From Leucoraja erinacea (Eukaryota): a DNA stretch of 64,000 nt. How positions within the stretch are numbered: the first letter of the stretch is position 1; every line of letters begins with the position of its first letter. Location: NCBI RefSeq assembly GCF_028641065.1, contig NC_073406.1, forward strand, positions 8,246,001 to 8,310,000. The letters are read 5' to 3'. Shown one piece after another: positions 51,545 through 64,000 of the stretch. Under the pieces are notes generated by a model. The model did no database searches. It was not told the origin of the DNA and saw only the letters and a list, made by a program, of their open reading frames with translations. Position numbers and translations under genes: made by a program.

Positions 51545-52000
51545 AACGTCAGGAGCAAAGATCGCTCCGCTATAAGATCTTTGGTCAGGAGCACGTCGCG
51601 TACGTGTTACGCACGACGTCGGGTGCTGTGGAAACGGCAATGGCGGCGGACTGCACGAAAGTGGCCGCGGGCGTGTGGACGGCGCGCTCGGCGCGGGACG
51701 GCCTGGACAAAAGCATCACCCTGCCGCCCGACGAGATATTCCGCAACCTGGAGAACGCCAAGAGTTTCGCCATCGACATAGGTCAGGGGAGGCGGCTGGA
51801 GCGGTAGTGGGGAGAGGAGCAGAGGCCTGGGGATGGGGAGGGAGGTTGGGGGGGAGATGGAAGGACTGGGCCGCCAAGTGGACGCTCGGCCCACCGCGCT
51901 GCCCTCTGGGACTTGTCGTTCATACAGGTCCCGCCGCTGGTTTGATGACGATGTCCAGGGAGCTGGGGCAAACTACAACTCCCATAACGCACCGCTCACC
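51545..52000 (+). promoter_or_regulatory. PANK4 CpG-island promoter; ZNF143/THAP11-type motif in intron 1
   Basis: Dense CpG around ATG; ACTACAACTCCCATAACGCAC at 51972-51992. Confidence 0.65.
51640..51781 (+). CDS. PANK4: PANK4 exon 1
   Basis: MAADCTKV...[26 protein letters not shown](G)|gtcagg. Confidence 0.95.
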
Positions 52001-53301
52001 TCTCAGCAATACATAAACAAGTGGAACTTGTGGATTAGTGCAAGCAGCCAGTGCAGAACACGTATGTGTTGGACTTTTTAATTACACATAGCAGTGTAGC
52101 ACAGGAATTCGGCGTCTTTAACGAATAGGATGCCAATTTAATCCATTCTGATTGCACGTGATTCGTATCCCTCCGTTACCTACATTATCTACATTACCTG
52201 AAGAAAGGCCTCAACCGAAACGTCACCCACTCCTTCTCTCCAGAGATGCAGAGTTTCGCTGTTTGTGTCACTCGTCGCAGCCAACAATGGACTATTGTGG
52301 TCACCTTCTTTCTTTGGTCATCGTTGCTGCCTATAATTTGTCTTTCGTTCATTTGTTCATTTGTTCTATGTACCTTTCTCTCATTTCCTTCTCTCGTGAC
52401 TGAGTCTGAAGAAGGGTCTTGACCCAAAACCTATCTATTCCTTTTCTCTAGAGATGCTGCCTGATCCACTGAGTCACTCCCAGCTTTTTGTGTCTATCTT
52501 CGGTATAAACCAGCATCTGCAGTTCCTTCCCACACATTTTTTATGCTAATGACTCCAGCCATTAGATTGCGTTGGAAAGAACTACAGATGCCAGTTTATA
52601 CCGAAGATAGACACAAAAAGCTGGAGTAACTCGGGCATATCATGCAGCATCTCCAGAAAAAAATTGTTTATCTTTTGAAGCCCATGGAGTTAAGTCCTAC
52701 AAGGTTTCTTGATGCCTTGGTTCTGTTGCACAGCCTCAATGTCAGGGACAGCAGCTTTCCTTTTGCTTCTGGAATTATACTTTGTTCTGCTTTTGGTCTA
52801 ACTCATGATGAGATCTGGGGAAATCCTAACAGCAGAATCATGTGAGCAAATGCTACCAAATAACATAGTGGATTATATCTATATTTACAGTGCTGATATT
52901 TGAGAGTGTTTAGGTAGTAAGCCAAATTTGATTCCTCCTGTTCTTTATGGATGTGATTTACAATACCAGATAATAACTTAACAGTACAGCTTGACTTGAG
53001 ATTAGCTCCAAAGTGCATATCTTTAGTTTTAGAACAAAGATGTTGTCTCCTACCATGTTCTTTGTTGTATCTGGTTATCAGTCATTTCTTAATGTCCAAT
53101 GGAATAAATCAAATTAGTTTAAACCTGGTTTCCGTGAAGTTGGGGGTCTCCGCTGAGGTAGATCATCGACTTTGATTGCACGTAGTTGCATACTCCAGTC
53201 TGACGTAATTGTACCCTCACTATCTATCTTATGGGCCGTATGTCGGGTTGGTGTGACAGCTGCGCATTATAGAGGTATTTGACTTGTGTTGCCCTGTCTG
53301 A

Positions 53302-53427
<126 letters not shown>

Positions 53428-53902
53428 TGAAGAGTCTACAAATCCACCTATTCCCTGGAGCCATTATCAGTCTAAAATTGTTATAGCTGTAATTGAGGGC
53501 CTGAACGTTTTATCTTTCCAGCCAAGTCGTCTTTTTTACTCCCTTGTCCTGCCCCATCGTTAACAAAAATATACTTTTACCTGTAATTCTGGTATTTCAC
53601 CATGGGTATTTTGTTGTTAACTCCACAGTGTGTCTGGTGTCTTACTGAATGGTCAGGCTCTCAATTTTACAAAATATGTCGATGCTTGTGGTATATTTGG
53701 AAAGAAGGGAAGTAGGTAAATCGGCCCTCAAGTATGCTTATCTCCTAGATTAATTTAATGGCTGAATATGGTGAGAGGAATCTACTGATATTGTGATAGA
53801 GCTAGTGAAGGACACTATGATGGAGTCGAATTTAATGATCTCTGATGGAGAAGGAACATTTTTGAATCTAGGCAATAATTGGATGGTGGGATTAACATGC
53901 AA

Positions 53903-54200
53903 ACATAGGAAATAGATGTAGGAGTAGGCCATTCAGCCCTTCGAGCCAGCACCGTCATTCAATATGATTATGGCTGAGCGTCCAAAATCAGTACCCCATT
54001 CCGACTTTTTCCCCATATCCCTTGATTCCCTTAGCCATAAGAGCTAAATCTAACTCCCTCTTGAAAACATCCAGCGAATTGGCCTCCACTGCCTTCTGTG
54101 GCAGAATTCCACAGACTCACAACTCCCTGGGTGAAACGTTTTTCCTCATCTCAGTCGTAAATAGCCTATCCCGTACTCCTAAATTGGGACCCCTGGTTCT
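53903..54200 (-). mobile_element. CR1 LINE 3' end in PANK4 intron 2
   Basis: Homologous to 28218-28540. Confidence 0.8.
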
Positions 54201-54975
54201 CGTTTGTATTTAATCTAATTAATTTTGCAACAATAGCTTGCTACAGGATTGATGATCATGGAAAACACTGAAGATGTTTCAGTGTCCAGATGGACAAAGT
54301 GTCCGACGGCTGCAGCAATAGAGTTTGAGAATGGTCTGTACACTTGGACCCCTGTAGAAAGTGTACTTGTATCTTGAAGGGAATGAAGTCCTGGGCAACA
54401 AGATACTCATGAGCTGGTGGAATACATAAGCACAATAATTTTTAATAACTTCTCTGGTGATGGAACTTTCTGTTAATGAAACGATGAAAAGTTCCTAAAA
54501 CTAATTGTTCCTGCACAAACTGAAAGAAGGTTCATGATTTAATCTGATTGGCTGATAAGCATAAACCATAATGTCTAAATAGTTATGAAAACTTTGATTG
54601 AAATTAATTTTTAATTGGGCCAAGCCTTCATGTGTCTTAATGTCTAAACTAAGAATATAATCTAGTTTAGTCCATCAAGTCTGGGCAACTTATGCTTTTG
54701 TTTCTTCCTATTTGAATTTTCTGTCGCTTAATATTTGGAGAGGTTTGTTTTTAATATTGTTCTCTTATGGATTCAATTATTTGAAGTCAGGACATGAAAC
54801 CATGCTAATCAACTTATTTCAGAAGACTGATTACAAACTGCCTGAGGTTCCATTGGGGGCCAGTATATTGAATTTCTATGCTGTCAAATTTCACAGTGAC
54901 ATACCTCTCCAAAATAATTATCGGTGTTTGCATTCCATGTTTCAGATCGTGACCTTGTGTTTGTGTTTTTCCAAG

Positions 54976-55184
54976 GGTCATGATGACGAGCCATTGTATG
55001 AGATCTCAGTTCAGGAAGAGATCACTGCCAGACTTCATTTTGTTAAATTTGAAAATGCTTACATAGAAACGTGTTTGGACTTCATCAAAGCCCATCTGGT
55101 CAACACCGAGACCAAAGTAATTAAAGCTACGGGAGGTGGTGCTCACAAGTTCAAGAACCTGATTGAGAAGAAACTAGGACTGAA
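54976..55184 (+). CDS. PANK4: PANK4 exon 3
   Basis: [26 protein letters not shown]...[19 protein letters not shown](K). Confidence 0.93.
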
Positions 55185-57159
55185 GTAAGTGAAAGCTTCA
55201 AAGTTAGTGATAATCATTGGTGACGATGATGAGGGGGGGGGGTGGGGGGGGTATGGGTGGGGGGGGGGGGGGGTGTGGGTGGGGGCGCAATGGGGGGGGG
55301 GGGAATGTGGAGTACAGAGGCAATAAATAAATGATGGGCCTTTGTCTCAAACATTGTGGAGGTTACTGTAAGTGATGAGGAATATTGTACTGCAGATGCT
55401 GGTGTATGTAATCAGAAAACTCCCCGAAACATTGTAAATTATGGGTGTGATAATAATTGGAATGCCTAATTAAACATGCCGGCTAACTTTTGGATGAACT
55501 AGGTCATTTATCCTGTGCATTAATCAGTGGTCTGAAGGACCAGTGTTTGTTTAACCATGGTCCTAACTTTAGCAACAGCATTAGCAAAAAATATGGCCTT
55601 GATGTTCCCATTGATTATTAATACTGAAAAATGAAGAGGCAGATTAGGAATCAGAAAGGTGGTGGGGTAAATCTGGGAGATGTCAGGTACAGTGAGCTGG
55701 GCATATATTGCAGCTGGTTAATACCTTCTGTGCTATGCTACAATACTCCTCTCATGTTGTTCACAGTGGCCAAGGTTTATATTGTGACCAAGTAAAGACA
55801 CAAAGTGCTGGTGTAACTCAGCGGGTCAGGCAGCACCCCGGGAGAACATGGGCAGGTGAAGTTTCTGGTTGGGACCCATCTCGAGACTGATGCTGCCTGA
55901 CCTACTGATTTGCTCCAGCACTTTGTGTATTTTTGTTTTTTAAACCAGCATCTGCAGCTCCTTGTTTCTGCTTTATTTTATGACCCTTCTCTTGTATCTG
56001 GTTGAACTGCCAGCTTTTTATTGTTAAATAAACATTGTTAACTATTGCTATGGAGGAAAATGCTGTTTTATGGAAATTGGGCATTTGGAGTCTAGTTTCA
56101 TTTTTTTTAATATGCTGCTATTATGAATAAAACTGTAGGTTACTGAATAAATAATAGCCTTTTTATCGATGTCCTTGGATATAATGATCATACTGAAATT
56201 TTACTGCCTTCATTTTATACATCGAATAATTCAATCTTATGCTGTTTGAATAGTGATTGAACGCTATGTTCTTTTAACCTCCCTGTTTGACTAAATGTTG
56301 TTCTTTTGGGAGATGTTGTGTGGGAGACATAACAATATTGAATGTCACTGAAATAAGCAGTTCAGTGAAATGAAATGCCTTGTGCATATCTTTATTCCAA
56401 TTATGTGTCTTAGCTGACAAAGTTTTGTTATTTCAGATTTAAAAGTTATAGATCAACTACTTTTGTGAGTGTTTTTTTTAATGCAACACCCTATTAATAA
56501 ATCCCTACCAGTGTGAGTGAATTTCTCTGTCCTGGCAATTTCATTCAAAATCTTCAATTGTTTCTTCCTTCTGCTGTTATACCTCTGCAATCCTTAATAA
56601 TATTTTGGTTAATTTTCCCATTGGAAACCAGCACCAATTGTCGCTAATGCTTTCAACGCTGGTGAATGATGAGAATAATTTGTACTGCTCCCTCGGTCAG
56701 ACCAGGCCATACATGGTACTCCTGAATGTGGCGCAGTATGTGTTGTGTATTTAATATACACCTCACTGTTAGGAGAGTTGAAGTAAATACTGGTCAAAAG
56801 ATAAAGGAATTAGTGAAAATTTTAAAGGCAGGAACGGTGTTTCAGGTAATGATAGATACATGCCATGTCGGTTGGAAATCACATATAATTTCTGTTGCAT
56901 GATTTAGTCTGTTTTCAGGAGAATACAGGAGAACATGCTGTTCTGCTGTTGCTGTGCTCTTCATACACTGGAACTGAACAATTTCAGTCTTAATTCATTT
57001 TAACTTGATTCTCTTGTTAGAACAGAATTCAGGTTAGGTTCTTCATAGTTTATGCTTAATGTGAACAATTCATTTTATAATTTAATTCTGTTGCTTCAGT
57101 CAATATAGTGATTTTGTCACAGCTTTCTGACTGAGGCTTACCTTTCAATATCTTTGCAG

Positions 57160-57343
57160 AGTGGATAAGGAAGATGAAATGACTTGCTTAATCAAAGGTT
57201 GCAACTTTGTTCTGCGAAATATTCCACATGAGGCTTTTGTGTACGTGAAGCATGCAGAGCCTGAATTCCGATTTCAGACAACACACCCAGACATCTTTCC
57301 CTACCTGCTGGTCAACATTGGGTCAGGGGTATCTATAGTCCGG
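57160..57343 (+). CDS. PANK4: PANK4 exon 4
   Basis: [18 protein letters not shown]...[16 protein letters not shown]. Confidence 0.96.
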
Positions 57344-58575
57344 GTAAGTAGGACCTGTCTACCTTAGCCCTGTCAATGATCGACAATAATGCAGTGTGGC
57401 TGTGTTCTGCTTTGGCCGTTTTAGAAAATTGAGAGGATTGTGCCACTCGGTTATCTCTCAAAAGTAAGGGATATCTATAAATTCAGCTACACATTGTGTT
57501 TCAATGTCTTATTGCTATGTGTTGACTCCTTAGCTTTTCAAAGACAGCATACTGAATTGATCCAGAAGCTTGGTTACAATCTTTTAAAATTAATCCATTT
57601 GTCAAAGTACAGTTTTATTTGCAGCTTTGAAGTTATTTGTCCTAGCAATCAATTTTTCAAAGTATGCTGACTTGCATCATGAGTGCCAAGCTTAAAGTGA
57701 AGTGGGGTTTTACCTGATAGAATCGGAATGGGAAGCTAATATAGGTTGTCAGATGTTTTGATTGTACTTTTCACAGAACATCTGCTTGTGTAGTAGCTGG
57801 AACAGGTTGTCTTGTAAAGAAACTATGAACAGACTCGATTTGTATGGATTTGAAAAGGTGAGAGTGAAATGGATACATTCCTAAGTAGTCTTTGTAGGGT
57901 GGAGAGGATATTTCAGTTTGTGTGAGAATTGAAAGTTTAAAAGTAAGGCATTTGTTCTTTTAAGAAAATGAATCTTTGGAACCCTCTACCTTAAAGGGTG
58001 CTGGACTCAGCACCTTTTTTTAACCTGTTCATTGCCATCCTCGAGTATACTCGGGTCATGGCCAATAGTGGAAAAAAAAAACTTGGCAGTGACCAGGTTA
58101 AGGCGAAAGTTACCAGATAAGCAAGGAGTGATCAGTTACCAAGGGTAGACAGGAATACAAAGACGAGCCTACAGACCATCAAAGTACTGGAGGAACTCAG
58201 CAGGTCAGACGGCATTGGAGGAAGGAAATGGACGGACAACATTTTGGGTTGGGGCCCTTCAGACCGCCCGTTATCTACCTGACCCGACCCATGATGCCCG
58301 ACCTGCTGAGTTCTTCCAGCACTTTGTTTTTGCTTGAGATTTCAGTACCTGCAATCCTTTGTGTCTCTGGTTACAACCAGACCAGCTGTAATGCTATGAA
58401 GCAGAAGAGCAGGATTGCCAGCCAAAGTGGCCTATTCCTGTACTTAATCTATATGTTTGAATATATGTTGATGTGTTTGAGAGAGTTGCTTGCACACAAC
58501 TTCTCCTTGAAAATGGGGCATCATAAAATGCTAATTAACACATTTTCTCTTGTTGTGATTCCTCTTGTCCATCAG

Positions 58576-58668
58576 GTGGAATCTGAAGACCAATTTGAGC
58601 GAATAGGAGGAAGCTCAATAGGAGGTGGTACATTTTGGGGACTCGGAGCTTTGCTGACACAAACAAAG
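58576..58668 (+). CDS. PANK4: PANK4 exon 5
   Basis: [31 protein letters not shown]. Confidence 0.96.
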
Positions 58669-59508
58669 GTATTTATGGTTGTTCCATCTCTTGTTCTTAT
58701 ATGCCTAACCATAGCCAGAAGTGCAGGCTTGAAGCAGTCTTTGATTCTGTTTTAAAGTAGAGAACTTCTAGGATTGGCATGGCAGTCCTCTGCCCAAATG
58801 AGATTTAAACAAAATAAAATGGCATGCATTTATGGAGCATATTTCATAATTTCAAAACTTCCGAAGTATCGTACACTTTTGGATTGTAGCCAACCGTATT
58901 ATAATGTGCAGTAGCTGATTTGGCCACAGCAAGTTTAATCGATGATATTGATTGAGGGAGAAATATTGGTTAGGCACAAAGGCAAACGTTCTTGCTTCTG
59001 TTTGAAAGTGCTATGGAATTTTAGATACATCGAAAAGGATGGATGGGGGGGCCTCGTTTATGTTACTCAAAAGGCAGCACCCCTAACAGTGCAGCAGGCC
59101 CTTCCAAATTGCTCATATGTGTGTCAATGTAGATATTGTGCATGTCTTTCTGAAGCAGTACCTGAGAACATGACCTTCTGCTTTGCCTCGCCCCTATTAT
59201 TCTGGCTGACACCTTTAATCAGTTTTAAGAGTTCTTCCACAACAATGATAAGAATGGCAGGTGCATCATTCTGTTGAAGATTTCAGTTAAAATGCTGCCT
59301 TGTTCCCCAAAATACTTGCTCAGAGAAATTGTGCGCTCTTTCGTGTGTTATTCTTCGTGAAAGTATATTATCGTTGTGCTCCATTAACTAAATTAATAAA
59401 ATAATTAGCCACAATTCTGCATTTTCAATTAAAAACGATTTCCTGAAGTTTGCTTTTCTGCATCCATCAGTCAAGATTGACTATTGACATTCATTTTTTT
59501 CTTTCCAG

Positions 59509-59662
59509 CGTTTTGATGAATTGTTACAACTTGCATCAAGAGGGCAGCATACTAATGTAGACATGTTAGTTCGTGACATTTACGGAGGGGCATATGAATC
59601 CTTTGGCTTGACTGGGGACCTTATTGCTAGTAGCTTTGGAAAATCTGCAACTACAGATAAAG
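59509..59662 (+). CDS. PANK4: PANK4 exon 6
   Basis: [27 protein letters not shown]...[14 protein letters not shown]. Confidence 0.96.
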
Positions 59663-60024
59663 GTAGGTGCGCCGGTAGATATTTGGCCGTTGGCTTGTTG
59701 TTTGAGGCAAGGTGGCCACAATGACACAAAGTCTAATTTCACTCATTTCACCTCCATCTTTTCATTTCTGTTTTTGAATTTTTCACTGTAAAATTGTGGA
59801 CCGCACAATTTAATGTGGTATAACTGAAGTTTACCACTTGGTGTATGATGAATAGAATCAGATGTTCATCTGCATTCTTTTCCTCTGTAATAGTTATTAA
59901 GAAAGGTGATGTTTGAGATTTGTGTTGCTTTGCAAAAAACATTAATATCTCATCCATGTGTAACCCCTGTTTACTTCCCCTAACCTTATACAGCATTCAA
60001 TCTGTGTTGTTTTTCTGTACGCAG

Positions 60025-60206
60025 AATTCACTAAAGAGGACATGGCCAAAAGTTTACTTCACATGATCAGCAATGACATCGGCCAACTGGCTTGCCTGTA
60101 TGCCAAACTGCATAACCTTAGCAGAGTTTACTTTGGTGGTTTTTTTATCCGAGGACATCCTGTTACCATGCACACAATTACCTACAGTATCAACTACTTC
60201 ACAAAG
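60025..60206 (+). CDS. PANK4: PANK4 exon 7
   Basis: (E)[26 protein letters not shown]...[26 protein letters not shown]. Confidence 0.96.
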
Positions 60207-60434
60207 GTACCAATTGTGGCGAATGTTGTGGGTGAAGGCGGGTGGCAATGGTTGGGAAGTGGGGACCATGCGAGTTGCTTGTTCCAATTAATCTCAACAG
60301 TCATTCAGCTAAATTGTTTAACAGTTAACTTCTCCCATCAATTCAACCTTATTAATTTCTTTACAAATGTGAAATTCAGTGGAATTACACATTTATTGTT
60401 GTTTATTGCTGGTTTTATCTTATTTGGTGGTTAG

Positions 60435-60516
60435 GGTGAAGTCCAGGCACTCTTTCTGAGACATGAAGGATATCTTGGTGCCATCGGCGCCTTCCTGAAG
60501 GGAGCAGAAGAGGACA
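60435..60516 (+). CDS. PANK4: PANK4 exon 8
   Basis: [27 protein letters not shown]. Confidence 0.96.
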
Positions 60517-61168
60517 GTAAGCACTTATTTCAATGTAATTCAGTTATGGTTAATATTTGGAAGATTATTTTTCACATTTGATTCTGATCTGTCTCTCATT
60601 TAGATCACTTCCAATCTGTATCTTAATGTTATAGATTCAAAGTGAAAAATTACCTGAAACATCGGTCGTCTACTTAGCATTTTTTCTTAGAAACTTAGAA
60701 ATCGCAGCAATTCTGGGAGCAAGGACTCCAAATTTTCCATGATCCTTAATGTGAAGAAGTGTTTCCTGATAACTCCACTGAGTGGACTAGCTCTGATTTA
60801 GTTATGACTCTTCACCAACGGTAACAGTATCTCTACATCAATGCACATGAACCCCTGTGTTCATCTTCGATTCTCTGTGCTCTTAATTCTTATTTAAAGA
60901 ATGTACAGTATCATAATGCAGGCTATCTTCAGAATGTAAAGTCGATCAACTTGATTCATTTGAGTAGAATACTTGCAACTTGTCCAAATTATGGCATTCA
61001 TGGTAATTGCTCTCCATGGTAGAATTTGTGTAGAGTTACTGGGTGTGCATTGATTTTTGGTAAATCTATTTCATTTTAGTAATGTGTAAATTTTCACTGC
61101 TATCAAAACTGTAACCCTTCCATGGCCATCTCATCTTATTACTTTTTACCCTATCTTTTACCTTTCAG

Positions 61169-61269
61169 ATCCTAATCAGTATAGTTGGGGGGAGAACTAT
61201 GCTGGCAGTTCAGGTTTAATGAGCAGTTCTCCTGAAGTACATCCAATGCAGCGGACACGGAGTGGAACG
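61169..61269 (+). CDS. PANK4: PANK4 exon 9 (gene continues beyond window)
   Basis: (N)[33 protein letters not shown]|gtatgc. Confidence 0.95.
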
Positions 61270-62522
61270 GTATGCCTCTCTAATGCGAATTGTGTTTTGT
61301 TATTGCACCAAAAGTTGTATAAAATCTGTTTTATTGAAACTGTTGACAGCAGTCAATACAGTGGGCAACATACTCCTGCATTCATCTGTAAATCTTCTCT
61401 TAGAATAGTGAGTAGCAAGCAGGCTTGTAGATACCAAGGAGTTGTTGAACATACATTTTTGTCTAAGATGGCACAGATTATATTTAGGTGTTTTCAAATG
61501 TCATGTAATGTAATTTGTTCCAAATGATTTGCTAAAAAGTCCTTAATTATGCTTAATGTGGTTTTGCAGATTAATATGTGCTATTTGTTGATCAATACAT
61601 GTGGCCATCAGTGCAGGATTGAGCCTCAGGTTGACAATGGCAAAGTTTTGTAACGGTGTCCTCCACAGTAGGGGCTACATTTGAAATGATAACGCAGTCT
61701 GGAAATAAAAAGCTTTTTATTGAGTTAATTTACGCACTGGGTCTCTTGTGTAAAAAGAAGTGATGCTTTCATTTAATGAAAGGTATGGATAAAGACCTTT
61801 GCTTGAAATCGCCATACATAATTTTTGCACTTTTGATAGCCATCTGAGAGGATTTCCAAACAGGCCCATGGTCGTAATTATTTTGGGGTTTTGTTTACAT
61901 CATTTTTATAAATTGCAGTTTTATTGATGCACCAATGTAAATGTGTATAGGGGGATTGTGAGTTTAGACAGTACTTTTTGTAGACGTTTTCTGGGTATCT
62001 TTGTCGCGTCACTGGACTGATACCAGTGCTGCCAGGTGGAGATTTGCAAAAGCAGAATCTTTACTACCTCATACTGAAGGAAATATTTGGTTACTTCATG
62101 CAAAAGGATGAATTACAAGGATAATTGTTAACACAAAGGTGTTATTTCAAATGTCTCAGACTGTATCATACATTGTTTATACTGTATCATACATTATTTT
62201 TTTGTATTTTTGCATTAAATTACACTACAACTAGCTACTAATTTAAGATTTATTAGCTCATTTCCAATCCAAAGCAAGTAGAATTTCAGCTGTCAGTTTA
62301 AGAATTCTTCGGCAGAGCCAGCCTGCATAATGTAGCCATAATCTGTTTAAGGCTTGACATTTTTTTTTAAATCCACCCTCTTGTATCCACCCTATAATCT
62401 CCCTATTATCTACCTATAAGTCTGGATAGGATTTCTGGAGAGTTGGTGAAAGACATCCACCTGTTGCTTGTTGGGGTATGCAGGGTATATGGTTTAGTTA
62501 TCTCTCTCATTTTGCACATTTA

Positions 62523-64000
62523 CAGTGCCCTCCATAATGTTTGGGACAAAGACCCGCCATTTATTTATTTGCCTCTGTGCTCCACAATTTGACATTTGTA
62601 ATGGAAAAAAATCACATGTGGTTAAAGTACACATTGTCAGATTTTATTAAATTACATTTTTATACATTTTGGTTTCACCATGTGAAATTACTGCGGTGTG
62701 TATACATAGTCCCCTGCATTTCAGGGCAACATAATGTTTGGGACACATGGCTTCACAGGCGTTTGTAATTGCTCAGATGGGTTTAATTGCCTTCTTAATG
62801 CAATAAGAGAGCTCTCAGCACCTAGTCTTTCCATCAGTCTTTCCATCACATTTGGAAACTTTTATTGCTGTTTATCAACATGAGGACCAAAGTTGTGCCA
62901 ATGAAAGTCAAATAAGCCATTATGAGACTGAGAAACAAGAATAAAACTGTTAGAGACATCAGCCAAACCTTAGTCTTACCAAAATCAACTGTTTGGAACA
63001 TCAATAAGAAGAAAGAGAACACTGGTGAGCTTACTAATCGCAAAGGGACTGGCAGGCCAAGGAAGATCTCCACAGCTGATGACAGAAGAATTATCTCTAT
63101 GATAAAGAAAAATCCCCAAACACTGTCCAACAGATCAGAAACACTCTTCAGGAGTCAGGTGTGGATTTGTCAATGACCACTGTCCACAGTAGACTTCATG
63201 AACAGAAATACAGAGGCTACACTGCAAGATGAAAACCACTAGTTAGCTGCAGAATTAGGATTGCCAGGTTCCAGTTTGCCAAGAAGTACTCAAAAGAGCA
63301 CCACAGTTCTGGAAAAAAGTATTGTGGACAGATGAGATGAAGATTAATGGCAAGTGATTTAACCGAGTGATGGCAAGAGCAAAGCATAGAGGAGAGAAGG
63401 AACTGCCCAAGATCCAAAGTATACCACGCATCTGTGAAACACAGTGGTGGGGGTGTTATAGCCTGGGAATGTATGGCTGCTGAAGGTACTGGCTCACTTA
63501 TCTTCATTGATGACACACCTGCTGATGGTAATAGCATAATTAATTCTGAAGTGTATGGACACATCCTATCTGCTCAAGTCCAAACAAATCACTCAAAACT
63601 CATTGGCCGGCGGTTCATTCTACAGTCAGACAATGATCCCAAACATACTGCTAAAGCAACAAAGGAATTTTTCAAAGCTAAAAAAGGGTAAATTATTGAG
63701 TGGTCAAGTCAATCAACCAATCTGAACCCAATTGAGCATGCCTTTTATATGCTGAAGAGAAAACTAGCCCCCAAAACAAGCATAAGCTAAAGATGGCTGC
63801 GAATACAAGCCTGGCAGAGAGCATCACCAGAGAAGACACCCAGCAACTGATGATGTCCATGAATCACACACTTCAAGCAGCCATTGCATACAAAGATATG
63901 CAACAAAATACTAAACATGACTACTTTCATTTACATGACATTGCTGTGTCCCAATCATTATGGTGCCCTGAAAGGGGAGGGGTGGGGGGAGACTATGTAT
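62523..64000 (+). mobile_element. Defective Tc1-like transposon (IR/DR type), right end truncated by window
   Basis: TA|cagtgccctccataatgtttgggaca left TIR; inner repeat ~62720-62745 mirrored at ~63947-63972; transposase pieces (HTH, GRPRK, WTDE, KHSGGG, QSDNDPKH, LNPIEH) broken by stops and frameshifts. Confidence 0.93.

Noticed and set aside
62880-63900. Active or domesticated Tc1 transposase
   Set aside because: Multiple in-frame stops and frameshifts

Overview
Vertebrate genomic DNA, most likely a cartilaginous fish (shark/ray-type V-SINE, CR1 and Penelope repeat landscape; probably a skate). There are three spliced protein-coding genes, all on the + strand: complete VAMP3 (5 coding exons, 6144-17776, 107 aa), complete HES3/her3 (4 exons, 24838-27122, 235 aa, ending WRPW) and the first 9 exons of PANK4 (51640-61269, continuing past the window). 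The rest is transposon debris (L2, CR1, tRNA-SINEs, Penelope fragments and many short Penelope-derived elements carrying minimal hammerhead-ribozyme motifs, MITEs, a hAT, a dead Tc1), microsatellites and two assembly gaps. The most unusual structure lies between VAMP3 and PANK4. Two near-identical, CpG-rich non-coding modules (A, ~0.5-0.7 kb; B, ~0.2-0.5 kb) each occur four times, always as an ordered pair with unrelated spacers. The first two pairs form an inverted-repeat sandwich around HES3. The other two sit where HES5 lies in human, with no recognisable gene next to them. Also notable: a 125-bp tandem array of hammerhead-like units just upstream of PANK4, a ~30-kb CpG-retaining domain, and intact catalytic Glu/Arg residues in the PANK4 kinase domain. 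Most entries in the ORF track are spurious. All coordinates and identities were read by eye.
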